The position numbers and the translations under genes were made by a program. From NCBI RefSeq assembly GCF_001194135.2, contig NC_068994.1, positions 51,850,562 through 51,914,561 on the forward strand: 64,000 nucleotides of DNA, given 5' to 3'. This DNA comes from Octopus bimaculoides (taxonomy: Eukaryota). Every line of letters begins with the position of its first letter. The first letter of the stretch is position 1. Below the pieces are notes generated by a model that saw only the letters and a program-made list of their open reading frames with translations, had not been told where the DNA came from and did no database searches. This document shows, in pieces, positions 13,253-25,532 of the stretch.

Positions 13253-13732
13253 TACAACAAAATAATCGATGAGGTTAACTCAATAGAACATTCATCTTGC
13301 CATTAACCACCTGGAAGATACTATTCGCACACTGGGGTGTTACAGGAATCGCTATCTTTGGCCATTGGTTTGAATTTCACTATAAACAAAATATGAAAAA
13401 GAATTAGGATGGGTGTGGATGAACGATTAACTGGAATTATTATATAGTATTTATTCTTCTTCTAATCTTGTAATGTCAATTGAATCTACTTTTGTTATTT
13501 ATCTTCCCAGGGACGATAAAATAAAGTACTAGTCGAGTACTAGGGAATCGATAAAAAAATTATTTCGTTCTTCGCTCTAAAGCAATTGTTCTCAACCGTG
13601 GTCCTTATAATCTCTGACGGTCCATGTAAGATTTTTATTATTCCTTGGCGGTCGGAGTGACCAGGATGTGTGGGCTTCCTCGGTTGTCCCTGAGAGGAAC
13701 TCCCTTCCTCCTCCTTGGGAGTTTTCATTGTT

Positions 13733-13890
13733 CTGGCAGAATCGTTAGCACGCCGGACGAAATACTTCGTCTGTCGCTGCGTTCCGAGTTCAAATTTCGC
13801 CGAGGTCGACTTCGCCTTTCATCCTTTCGGAGACGAGTAATCGACTAGTCCTCCCCTAAATTTCAGGCCTTGTACCTATAGTTGAAATGA
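13733..13890 (+). mobile_element. SINE family A
   Basis: ctggcagaatcgttagcacgccggacgaaat...gagttcaaatttcgccgaggtcgac. Confidence 0.8.
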
Positions 13891-14492
13891 TTATTTATTT
13901 TATACACGACATAGTACCAAACCCCACTTGTTCTTTGTGTTGTATTGTCCCTATTTGCTTTGTGTTCGGCCCTTGTGGCCAATAACAAAAACATTCTTTT
14001 GTAGTTTAGTGTTTGCATATGCTTGTATATAGGTATAACCGTGTTGTATGTAAAAGCTACCTGTTGTAAGTCACAAACGAACACATTCATTCAATCTTGT
14101 TCACGCGTTGATGACTCTATTCGTTTTGCAGGATTTTATATCATTTCGTCTTTAGTCACAACCACTTTCATATCATCCCGTGTCCTATTTTCTCTTTTCT
14201 TTTTTTCTTTTTTGTAGCTGAGTTATTTTTTCAACCACTCCATTCTAAGTTACCGTGGTTTCGATAAACCATTTGAGTGTTGGTATCTACGTTTCTTTCT
14301 GCATTTCTTCATTTATCCCCCCCTTCATATCGTTTACTTCTGCTTCAGGTTACCACTTAGCTGCTCAAGCAGATCACTGTCTTAAAAATTATTGTTTCTG
14401 GTTTTAATAATTACAGTTGTTTATGGGGTGAAATGACTTCGTCCGTACGTATCTTATAAATAAATGCACCTCATAAACACACGTTTGGATTA

Positions 14493-14730
14493 CAGGGCGG
14501 TGCAAAAATAGGTGTACAATTATGAAAAAAGAAAACACGTACAATACTCATTTTTATCGAAAAAATTGAAAGTTACCATAAAAGTATTATAGTTAGGATA
14601 TATGTATTATGATTAATAACACTGAAAATATTAAAAAAAACAATGAGGCTAACTCATTTAATGTGCTAATAATTTTAATGAATTATTATAACATTGATGT
14701 GGTACTGTATACCTACTTTTGCTTTATCTG
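14493..14730. mobile_element. Tc1/mariner-type MITE (degenerate)
   Basis: TA-CAGGGCGGTGCAAAAATAGGTGTAC... with a degenerate inverted end ...TATACCTACTTTTGC...CTG-TA. Confidence 0.5.
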
Positions 14731-15777
14731 TATACAAATAGAATGGTGCTCGAAACAATTGTTCATCAGACTCCTCCTCTTTGAACGAATATACATTGTG
14801 TCTGTCCATCTTGGCAATCTAGTTATCATTGCATATGCAATTATATTCTGAGGAGGAAAAAAAAGATGAAAGCAGCCATTAAATGTTATTGACAGAAGAT
14901 AAGGCACAGCTAATTAAGATCCACAATTCATCAATACTACTGAAAGATATAGAGATCCAAGTAACTGGTAATATTTGAGGAAAATAGGGCAAGATGGTAG
15001 ATTGATTAGAAGAATTAAACAATCTTGTCTTTATTCCTATTCAATTCAGGCCTAGAATTACTGTCGATAGTGGTCGGGGTGTGGTTTTTTTGGCATTCAC
15101 CCTTCCTAAGTTAAAATTAATACCGAGATCAATTCACTTACATATGATGTATATAGGTAATTTTCTTCAGTTGACAGTAGCTTTGCAAAATTTTATGAGC
15201 ATGTAAGAAATTATTAGAGGTAAAACAAATCTCTCTATATCTTGTGTGTGTGTGTGTACTTATAAGATGTTGAGGATTTCTCTATACCAGTGGTTTTTCA
15301 ACTTTTTTTAATATCCATATATATATAATATTATGTGGGTACGTTCATGCATTGTAAACTCACAGACAGGCACACTTATGTATACTTATAGATGCTGCTA
15401 ATGAAATTTTATGACATAATGCTTAGCAGCATTTCATCCTTTATATTCTGAGTTCAAATTCTGCTGAGGTTGACTTTCCCTTTCATCCTTTCGGGCTCAG
15501 TAAAATGAGTACTCGTAGAGCTCTGGGGTCAATGTAATAAACTGACCCTTCTCCCCCAAAAGTGCTGGCCTTGTGCCAAAATTTGACACTAGTATTTTCT
15601 TATAGAGAAATATGACATTTCTGTATCAGATATTGCTGACAATCATTCTCCTTTCACAACAGACACTTTTTTTTTTCTTTTTTTTATCTATTTGTGATAT
15701 CTTTGCTTCTGATAAATAGATTAGTTACATTAATAATACAATGATTTCTAACATAGGCACAAGGTCACTTTTTTCTT

Positions 15778-15813
<36 letters not shown>

Positions 15814-16289
15814 AAAATGGTATAACCAATTAAATTGAACCAGTATTTGACTGATGCTTTTATTTTTAATAACTTCCTTACCTCCTCTGAAAGGAAGCAT
15901 AAAAATAAAAATTAATGGCTATTCATACTTTAAAATTTAACTGGAATTTAGCACATTTTTCTCACAAAGCATAAAACTGAAATAAACTATTGTTTGTTTT
16001 TATTTCTTATATTTAACATTGGTACAGAAGTACAAATATGTAGGGTAGGAATTGTAACCGATGAATTAACGTTAGTATATTACTGGTACTTTATATGGTG
16101 ACTCTACAGCAAAGGGTCTCAACTGGGGTCCATACGACCCTTGGAGGTCCACATAAAATTTTGTTATTAAAATTTATCTGCAATAAATTGGTTATACTTT
16201 TACAATACACAATATTGAAAAATATCTAATAAAGTGGATGCATAAATGACCTTGTTGAAGTCAGTCTCATACTCGATGTTTATGAAGTT

Positions 16290-16650
16290 CTGCACATCAT
16301 CATTTAACGTCCGTTTTCCATGCTGGCATGGGTTGGACGGTTTGACTGAGGTCTGGAAAGCCAGTGGCTGCACCAGGCTCCAATCTGATCTGGCAAGGTT
16401 TCTACAGCTGGATGCCCTTCCTAATGCCAACCACTCCAAGAGTGTAGTGGGTGCTTTTTACATGCCACTGGCACAGAAGCCAGTCATGGGGCACTGGTAT
16501 CAATTACATCCAGATAGTGCTTTTTATGTGCCACCGGAACACAAGCCAGTCATGGGGCACTTGCATCGATCATGTTCGGATAGTGCTTTTTACATGCTAC
16601 CGGTATGGAAGCCAGTCAGGGGGTACTGGCATCGGCCATGTTCAGATGGC
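16290..16650 (-). mobile_element. RTE LINE 3' end with 66-bp tandem repeat x3
   Basis: catcatttaacgtccg tail on +; units start at 16451, 16517 and 16583. Confidence 0.75.
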
Positions 16651-17887
16651 AGTGCCCCCCCTTCCCATTAGTCTTGCAGTGAATAATTATACACTTTTTA
16701 CTACAGGTTATGGACGCACAACACTGCTCTTACAATGCCAGGGTTTCTTTAACCTCTAGAGTGAGAACTACTATACATTGAAGTGTGCAGTGTGGTCCCG
16801 CGATGGGGTAGAAGTTGAAACACTGTCTGTAATGAATCTGTTGACCATATCAGATCACTCAATAAACCACTATTGTGATAAATGTGTTGGATTATTTCTG
16901 ACTTTGGGCTAAGCAACATACACTGAACCTGTTTAATTCCGACCCTTGCTAATATTCCTTCTTTTCAGTTGTCTTTTGCTATATAATAACAATAACCACT
17001 GCCTTAACTTTGAGATCTTTTGCTTCTTGAACCACCAACAAACTCTAATTGCAGATAGACATGTATATTGTTGGTGGTGGTAACCACAGTTACATCTCTC
17101 CTGACTCTCTTGTTGATGTAGATCATCCATAATCTATATATGGAATTTTTAATTTGTTTTTTACTTTAGATAGTTAAGTCCATAAGTCAGTGAAATGATA
17201 AGTTGTAACACTAGTGGATAAATGTCTGTAATCTGATAACAGTTCATTGGTAAGTAGGTTATACTAATGTAGAGTTTAGTGTCTTCAGTTAGTTATTGTG
17301 TCTGTGTGTAAAAGTATGTGTGGTGTTGTGTTATTTCATGTATTTTCTTGGTTTCAAGCTTCTTGTCTGTAAACATGGATGCCTGCAGCAGTCAATGTAT
17401 GAAGGTGAATGTGTGTATGGGTATGTGTGTGTGTGTGTAAATTGTGTAAGGCAGCTGCTATCTCTGTGTGTTATCATTTACCTATGAACCCTCTCGATCC
17501 TTTCAGTGTTGAATGAAAGGGAAAAACTAGGTTAATGTAGAAATGAGCTGAATTTTTAGTTTAGGTTGTAGTGATAGAAGTATTTTCATGAGATGGACTT
17601 TTTAATAGCATTGTAAACTTCCAGATAGCTGTATATCTTTGTAGAAGAATCAATACATTTTTGATGACATTTTCCCAGTCATTCTTCTTAAAATACAAAC
17701 CAGATTGGAAGGTGGTGAGCTGGAAGAAATGTTAGCACGCTGGGCGAAATGCTTTGCAGTATTTTGTCTGTCTTTACGTTCTGAGTTCAAATTCCACCAA
17801 AGTCAACTTTAACTTTCATCCTTTTGGGGTCGATAAATTAAGTACCAGCTGCATACTGGGATCGATCTAATTGATTGCTACCCACTC

Positions 17888-18484
17888 NNNNNNNNNNNNN
17901 NNNNNNNNNNNNNNNNNNNNNNNNNNNNNNNNNNNNNNNNNNNNNNNNNNNNNNNNNNNNNNNNNNNNNNNNNNNNNNNNNNNNNNNNNNNNNNNNNNNN
18001 NNNNNNNNNNNNNNNNNNNNNNNNNNNNNNNNNNNNNNNNNNNNNNNNNNNNNNNNNNNNNNNNNNNNNNNNNNNNNNNNNNNNNNNNNNNNNNNNNNNN
18101 NNNNNNNNNNNNNNNNNNNNNNNNNNNNNNNNNNNNNNNNNNNNNNNNNNNNNNNNNNNNNNNNNNNNNNNNNNNNNNNNNNNNNNNNNNNNNNNNNNNN
18201 NNNNNNNNNNNNNNNNNNNNNNNNNNNNNNNNNNNNNNNNNNNNNNNNNNNNNNNNNNNNNNNNNNNNNNNNNNNNNNNNNNNNNNNNNNNNNNNNNNNN
18301 NNNNNNNNNNNNNNNNNNNNNNNNNNNNNNNNNNNNNNNNNNNNNNNNNNNNNNNNNNNNNNNNNNNNNNNNNNNNNNNNNNNNNNNNNNNNNNNNNNNN
18401 NNNNNNNNNNNNNNNNNNNNNNNNNNNNNNNNNNNNNNNNNNNNNNNNNNNNNNNNNNNNNNNNNNNNNNNNNNNNNNNNNNNN
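17888..18484. other. Assembly gap (other gaps: 25749-26323, 39741-40435, 46884-46893, 58042-58239, 60108-60751)
   Basis: Runs of N; most abut repeats. Confidence 0.99.
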
Positions 18485-18555
18485 TGTTTGATAAGAAATT
18501 TAATGAAAATACTTAACAAAATTGATAAAGAACAATAAAAATTGAGTTATATAAT

Positions 18556-18760
18556 ATTCTCTTCTACTCTAAGCACAAGGCCCAAAATTTTTGGGGAGGT
18601 GGCCAGTCGATTAGATCGACCCCAGTAAGCAACTGGCACTTAATTTATTGACCCTGAAAGGATGAAAGGCAAAGTTGACCTCGGCAGAATTTGAACTCAG
18701 AATGAAATACCACTCAGCATTTTACCTGGCATGCTAACGATTCTGCCAGCTCACTGCCCT
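18556..18760 (-). mobile_element. SINE family A antisense in SUCLG1, ending 60 nt before the exon
   Basis: Reverse complement of the family A consensus. Confidence 0.8.
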
Positions 18761-18819
18761 AGAAATGAAAGTATTATGTGTCTTGAAAGCTAATCTCAAT
18801 CAATTCTTGTTTGTTTCAG

Positions 18820-18944
18820 TTCCCAAAAATGTCGGGATCCCGCAGTGCTTCAATTCAGTCCGAACAAACTACACTGGTACTCGTCCCCACTTAATGATTG
18901 GTAAAGACACTAAATTGATCTGTCAGGGTTTAACTGGAAAACAG
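18820..18944 (+). CDS. SUCLG1: SUCLG1 first identified coding exon (phase-1 start)
   Basis: tttgtttcag|tt ... acag|gtaata; [42 protein letters not shown]. Confidence 0.9.
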
Positions 18945-20626
18945 GTAATATTTCATTTTACTTTTCACTTTTTTCAAAAATTCTTATATAAGTCCCTTTC
19001 TGTTTTTTTTATCTATTCTGTCTTTTTTTTTTTTTCTTCATTGTAATAGCTTTATTTACTTATGTACACATCATTGCAAATGTTGACAATATAAGCCAAC
19101 AATTAAAACTTTATTTACATGAAGACTCACATCAAGGACACATTTGATTATGTAGTTCTTGATGTAAGAATAAAAAATGGGATCATAGCAGCTGGGACAC
19201 ATTCTACGATAGGTCTGCAGAATCAGGGATGACCTAATAGGTGGGAGTGAACAAATGCAGTTGTCGGGTCCACTCAATACCACATCGTTGGAAATGCAAT
19301 CTAATACATAATCTATTTACAGTGAATTGACAGTCATTAGAGCACAGGACAAACGACTTGTATTTTTTTTCCAAGGTCAATTTTTCCATCCATCCTTTTT
19401 GGTCCGACAGAATTACCATATTTTAACATGTATAAGGAACCACCTAATTTTGGGGGCTTAAAATTTAGGAAAAGGGTTTTGCAAGGGATTATAATACTAT
19501 CCATGTATAAGAAAAACCCCCATATTTTTTTAACCTAATTCTTGACAAAAAGGGTTTCTTATACACGTTAAAATACAGTGAGTACCAATCAAGGGAAATG
19601 GTTTCCTAGAATTATCAGGGCATCAGACAAGGTGCTTTTTGGTATTTGTTGCAGCTTTTTGATCTCTGAGCATAATGTTGTCTTTTCCTCAACACAGCTC
19701 TTAAATTTTTTGTGCTCACTACATATGTTAAAACTAATTTATCAATTATTTTCACGCAGATGGCGTTCCTAAATTCCTTTTTATCTCAAATATGAATTTC
19801 AGTTATCTGTTGTCCTCTAACCTTATTTTTGTTGAACTGTAGGCCTACATGTTTTACTCCTCTTTTACAGGGTACGTTCCACAGTGAACAATGCATTAGT
19901 TATGGAACACAAATGGTGGGAGGTGTGTCACCTGCTAAAGCTGGCACCACACATCTAGGTTTACCTGTATTTGCTTCTGTCAAAGAGGTGAGTATAACGG
20001 ATTAAACTCAGTTTGATGTCTCTATTTTATTTATTGTGATGTAGGCACGGAATTTATTTTATCCTCTCTTGCACAAGATGAGAGATGGTAGAGAGATCCT
20101 TCCCAAGTGATATAGGCTCATAGGGCCAGTTTCCATGGCACATATACTCCCCACTGGATGGAATGCCAGTCTGCTGCAGGGTTACTGATTTTTGCCAGCT
20201 GAGTGGACTGGAGCAACATGAAATAAACTGTTTTGCTCAAGAACATAATGTGTTGCTCTGTCCTGGAATCGAAACCATAATCTTACGATCATGACTCTAA
20301 CACTCTAACCACTAAGCCATGTGCCTCCTACACAAAGTAAAGACATAAGCTATACTTCTCTGTCAATATGGCTGGCAGCAGAACCTTCATTTATGCCCAA
20401 TAATGTCATTTCAGAAAATGCATAGCTGTGATGAGCGAGATGCAGTGGCTTGATGATTAAGAGGTTTTGTAATAATTTAATCAGGAAAGGAGATGCAAGA
20501 TACCTATACACATTACAAACCTGTCCTGACCTATGCACTTCATAGACCTTACCATAGTAAGATTGGTATTATAAGTGCTCAGCCTAAATACATGCAGCTC
20601 TCTGTCTATGTAACTAGAGAGTGACT

Positions 20627-20662
<36 letters not shown>

Positions 20663-23600
20663 GCTCGTTGTATTGCAATCCGACCTGCTCCTGGGTCAGA
20701 TATGCATTTCTGTTGTGAAAGGTGTCAGTTTCTCAACCATTCTTCCCTGAGATGTCTTGAATGAATCCATAATAAGATTATAATATTTCTCCTCATTTGT
20801 ATGATCTTTTGGACATAAGATTGTTTTCAGTAAAATTTTTTGCTTGGAATCCAGTGAGAAACTTTACTTGTACTGTGTACACATTTAGGAATTTAAAGAC
20901 CTGATAACAATGAGAGATCAGATTGAAAACAATCTCCTCTGTCCAAAGATTCTAAATTTAACAACTTTTCTTCCTTCTGTCTTTATTCCCTGTGTATTGC
21001 AGGCCGTAAACAAGACGGGAGCAAACGCTACTGTGATATTCGTACCGCCTCCAGCGGCAGCTAAAGCTATAGATGAAGCTATCGATGCAGAAATTCCTCT
21101 GGTTGTGTGCATTACTGAAGGAATTCCACAGCAAGACATGGTGAAGGTGAAGCACAAACTAGTCCGACAGAGCAAGACCAGGTTAATTGGTCCAAACTGT
21201 CCTGGAATTATCAAGGTAAGTACTGAGCCAGTGCTGAAGGAAAGCTTTCTTTGTTGCATAATTTCCTTTTACTTATGTTATACAATGAGTTTTTATTATC
21301 ACTGATGAGAGATTAGGGCAGTGAGCTGGCAGGATCATCAGTGCGTCAAACAAAATTCTTTAAGACATTTCTTCCGGCTCTTTACATGCTAAGTTCAAAT
21401 TATGCCGAGGTCAAATTTACCTTTCATCCTTTCAGGGTCGATAAAATAAGTACCAGTTAAGTACGGGAAGAAATCCATGTATCTGACTAGCTCCTTCCTC
21501 CAAAATTTCAGGCCTTGTGCCTTTGGGGGAAGAAATTATTATTACTGATGAAATTTGAAGTAATAAATGCCTTTCTATATATGTTCCAGTGTAGTTCTTT
21601 ACTCTCTGAGATCAAATTCTGACATTGTCAACTTTACCTTTCATCCTTTTGGAGCCAACAAAGTACCAGTCATGTACTAGGGTTGATGTAATCAACTTGT
21701 CCCTCCACTCAACATTTATGTAGTTTGCTACCCATGTTTGTTACATTTCTTGTTTCTTTACATTCTGAGTTCAAATCCTACTGACATCTGCTATGCTTTT
21801 CATCGCTTTGGGGTTGTTAAAATAAAGTACCAGTCAAGAACTGAACTCAGTATAATTGACCCCCTCCCCTTAAATTCACTTGCCTTGTGTCAAAACTTTA
21901 AATCATTATTTATTTATTTATTTATTTGAAAGCCTGGAGAATGTAAAATTGGTATTATGCCAGGACATATTCACCAACAAGGTAACATTGGTAAGTATAT
22001 CGCCCTTAACTATATTGGTGGGTGAAGGGAAACTACAACAATAATTTAAATTGCTGTACATTTAAGCTACACTAGATGTTTGCACTTCAAATTTGAAGAA
22101 CAGTATAATGTTGCAACAATATCGCTGCCATTTTTCTTTTTATTGCATCATGCATCAAAAGTGGCATAAATAGTTATAGTATCATTATATTAATGTAGAT
22201 AGTCATCTTGGTAAAAAAATACTCTTGTGACACATGTATTGTGCCAAGTGATATTTGGATGGCAGTAGTTATTTTTAGCACCAGCTCAGTCCTGATCAAA
22301 CATACTTAAAAATATACTTCAGGCATACTAGTATTTCATTTGTTTTATTTCTTTTTTCTTTTTTTTTTCTCAAGAATAATAATATTTCAAGGAATAATTT
22401 TACTTGTTTTGCTTTACTTTTTAAAGGGACTATGTTTCTTAATCATATGGTTTTGTGTTCTATATTCAGTTTGTCATTGCCTTGAGTTGGCCCAAGACCT
22501 GAAAAATGTAAAGACATGCTCTACATGTTCTTGAGTGACAGACTTAATCCACTGCTCAGTTTAACACCACCACCTGGTCTCTTGTATACATTTGGCCGGG
22601 TCTGTTCACTCTGTTGGAATCATTTAGGTTGGCTCTCTGGTTTGATAATAACTCATCCATTAGGTTGTAGTTTATTACCCATTCTTCCTTGCACATGGGT
22701 GCTGCTCTGTCCTCTTTGATAATTCAGTCATGGACAAACTGTGATAGAGACTACCATCCTATCTAAGAAAAATATTTTTCTCTTTCATGCAATGGAATTG
22801 GTGCTAAACACTGGCCTTCAAAGGCTTTTGAGTGTTTTGGAGATATTTGCATATTGGCTTTAGTTATAGTTAATTACTTGCAAGTATGATAAATTGTCAG
22901 ATTTCCTAATGAATAGATTGAGAAAAACTGATCGATGAATTCAGCATTCCCATCTAATTTTCTGTATGTTTCTTTCTTTATTTTTTCCTCCTTTATGAAA
23001 CACTGCTACTATCAAGGAATTGTTTCACGTTCCGGCACTCTAACATACGAAGCTGTGCATCAGACAACTGCTGTAGGCCTTGGACAGACATTGTGTGTTG
23101 GTATTGGAGGGGATCCTTTCAACGGAACAGATTTCATTGATTGTTTGGAAGTCTTCATCCAAGACCCTAACACAAAAGGTAAAAATTATTTGGTAATGTT
23201 TCTCTTCTGACGGTAACAGAAACACCAGACTCTATACCCTTGCAGCATTTCATTTATCATCATCATCATCATCGTTTAACGTCCACCTTCCATACTAGCA
23301 TGATCTGCTGGGATTTGATCTGAGAATGTTAGGTGGGTGGTCTTGAGATCAGATGACAAAGGATAGAAGAGAATGAGGGATATGTGGTACAACTGATGAC
23401 TTTTTCCAAACTGTGAGAATGGTAGTATTTCGTTTCTTCTATAAATTTAGTCTCAGTATAAATGGCTGTATGCATGATGCTTTTGCAGGCCCTTGAAGAC
23501 TGATGAGAGAAAGGAGGAAGAAACTACTAATACATCTCTTGTAAAAATTTGTCTTAATAATACATTTAAGAAATCATTGTGTAAATGTACTTCATTTGTT

Positions 23601-25194
23601 GGGTTTTGTTTTATCAATTTCAGGAATTGTTCTGATTGGTGAGATTGGTGGCCAGGCTGAGGAAAATGCTGCTGAATATTTAAAGGAACACAATAAGGTG
23701 AGCCTGTTTATATTGGAAATGAATATCTTGCCATATTTTCTTTCTTGTTAAGTAAAGTGATTGCTTAGTTAATGAGGCACCAGCAAATAACCATCCAAAA
23801 GGTTGACTAAATTCGACGACTGGCACCTATGCCAACATCTCCTTCATTGGACACTAAACTCTGCTTGCGAAGACCTGTTGGAGCAAGTGAAAGCGAAATC
23901 GTGATGGCACGATTTGGTAGATGGAAACTGAAAGAAGCCTGTCATGTGTGTGATTTGGTGTCTGTTTGTTCCCCCTCCCCAGCCTATCACTTAACAATCA
24001 GTGTTGGTGTGTTATGTCCCCATGAATCAGCAGTTCAGCGACAGAGACCAATAGAATAAGTAATTGGTTTAAAAAAAAATAAGTCCCAGGGTTGATTTCT
24101 TCAACTAAAACCCTTTGAGACAGTGCTCCAGCATGGCCACATGCTGGTGGCAGCAGTTATGGTTCCTGTTGCTAGTGACAACAGTTACAGATATTGTTGC
24201 CAGCGACAATGGTTGTAACAGTCTCTGTTGCTGGTAGCAACATTGTTAAAGCTTTGTTGCTAATTATGATTGTTTTAGATTTTGTTGCAAGACGCAACAG
24301 TGTATCTAACTGATATTACAGCTTCCACTGTACATCATCATCATCATCGTTTAACGTCCGCTTTCCATGCTAGCATGGGTTGGACGATTTGACTGAGGAC
24401 TGGTGAATATTTATATTCATGATTGTTCTCTGTTTTTTTTTTTTTTCAGGGTCCCAATGCAAAGCCTGTTGTGTCTTTTATTGCTGGCTTGACTGCTCCG
24501 CCTGGTCGACGTATGGGCCACGCTGGTGCCATTATTGCTGGCGGGAAGGGAGGTGCTAATGAGAAAATAGAAGCTTTACGGGAAGCTGGTGTTCATGTGA
24601 CCGATTCTCCTGCTCAGATGGGTTCCACTATGGTTAAGGTAAGTGCAAAGTAGCACAACCATCACCATATTTTATCCTTTTATTTTTTAACCCTTTGGTG
24701 TTAACTGTTGTGCTTATTTGTTTACATTATTTTGAATTATTCAAGTTCAAGAGGGGTGGCCATATTTGCTTGTAACACATATTTATATACACAACAGGCC
24801 TCTTTGTTTTTGCCTATCAGATCCACTCACAAGGCTCTGGTCGACCTGAGGCTATAGTATGACACTTGCCCAAGGTGTCATGCAGTAGGGACCAAACCTA
24901 GAACCATATTGTTGGGAAGCAATCTTCTTACCACACAGCCACGCCTAGAAATTTTGCAATACTTTGTTACATCCCTTTATACTCATCAAATTTCTGTTGC
25001 AGAACTTTTTTTTTTCTTTTTCCTTTTCTCCGCATTTAACGAAATATATATCTGAACTATTTGAATCACTTTCATCCAAATTAACACACACACACACACA
25101 TACACACAGACAAACACACACATATATATAATTTATTTTCTTCAGTAATCTTTTGTTTGTATATTTATTGCAGGCCATGCAAATGCGTTCTTGA
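18820..25194 (+). CDS. SUCLG1: Succinate--CoA ligase subunit alpha, mitochondrial; spliced CDS join(18820-18944,19871-19987,21003-21215,21933-21990,23017-23178,23624-23697,24450-24638,25174-25194); 5' exon not located
   Basis: Eight GT-AG exons join in phase (959 nt). Translation has [57 protein letters not shown] and RMGHAGA (phospho-His motif). Confidence 0.97.
19414..19580. mobile_element. pogo/Tc1-like MITE (degenerate)
   Basis: Imperfect TIR taccatattttaacatgtataag / cttatacacgttaaaatacagt. Confidence 0.5.
19871..19987 (+). CDS. SUCLG1: SUCLG1 exon
   Basis: ttttacag|...gag|gtgagt; [39 protein letters not shown]. Confidence 0.95.
20095..20328 (-). mobile_element. SINE with family D head/middle and family C tail
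   Basis: Reverse complement shares head and middle with 42859 and the actggcattccatccag...tatgagcc tail with 29700-29760. Confidence 0.7.
21003..21215 (+). CDS. SUCLG1: SUCLG1 exon
   Basis: tattgcag|...aag|gtaagt; [20 protein letters not shown]...[11 protein letters not shown]. Confidence 0.96.
21315..21910 (+). mobile_element. Three tandem SINE family A copies filling most of a 717-nt SUCLG1 intron
   Basis: gagttcaaat/gagatcaaat...ctttcatc module at about 21390, 21610 and 21770. Confidence 0.72.
21933..21990 (+). CDS. SUCLG1: SUCLG1 exon
   Basis: tttgaaag|...attg|gtaagt; [19 protein letters not shown]. Confidence 0.93.
23017..23178 (+). CDS. SUCLG1: SUCLG1 exon
   Basis: atcaag|ga...aaag|gtaaaa; [54 protein letters not shown]. 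Confidence 0.95.
23624..23697 (+). CDS. SUCLG1: SUCLG1 exon
   Basis: aatttcag|...aag|gtgagc; [25 protein letters not shown]. Confidence 0.95.
24450..24638 (+). CDS. SUCLG1: SUCLG1 exon with catalytic His motif
   Basis: ttttcag|...aag|gtaagt; [35 protein letters not shown]...MGSTMVK. Confidence 0.96.
25174..25194 (+). CDS. SUCLG1: SUCLG1 terminal coding exon
   Basis: tttattgcag|gcc atg caa atg cgt tct tga (AMQMRS*); length fits the expected short C-terminus. Confidence 0.75.
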   Translation, partial: AMQMRS

Positions 25195-25492
25195 AATACC
25201 AAATACATGCCATCTTTTGCTGCCATTTGAATCATGTGCTGTCTCTATTGATGGGAGTGTGTAATTTCCAGCAGTGGTTAGCAGCTATCAGTGATCCAGC
25301 AAATTAAAATTTTTTTCCTATCCATCCTATCGTGGATCAGTGTTTTTCGTTTTGTTTTTTTAATACAAAATATTGATGATGATGATGATGGTGCTGTTTC
25401 TTTCTTTTTTTGTTTGTTTGTTAATTTAAACAATGTATTTTTTGTTTGTCCAATGATCACAATGAAGCTAAGGAGAGAATAACTGACACAAA

Positions 25493-25532
<40 letters not shown>

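Noticed and set aside
14281-14355. Minus-strand CTGAAGC...GAAACGTA with partial stem I
   Set aside because: Core A9 is missing and stem II cannot pair; at best a very old remnant.
16246-16759. 141-aa and 102-aa ORFs with repeated motifs
   Set aside because: Incidental frames through the RTE 3'UTR 66-bp repeats.
17871-18519. Long ORFs made of X residues (also at 25.7-26.4, 39.6-40.5, 57.9-58.4 and 60.0-61.2 kb)
   Set aside because: Artefacts of translation across N-gaps.
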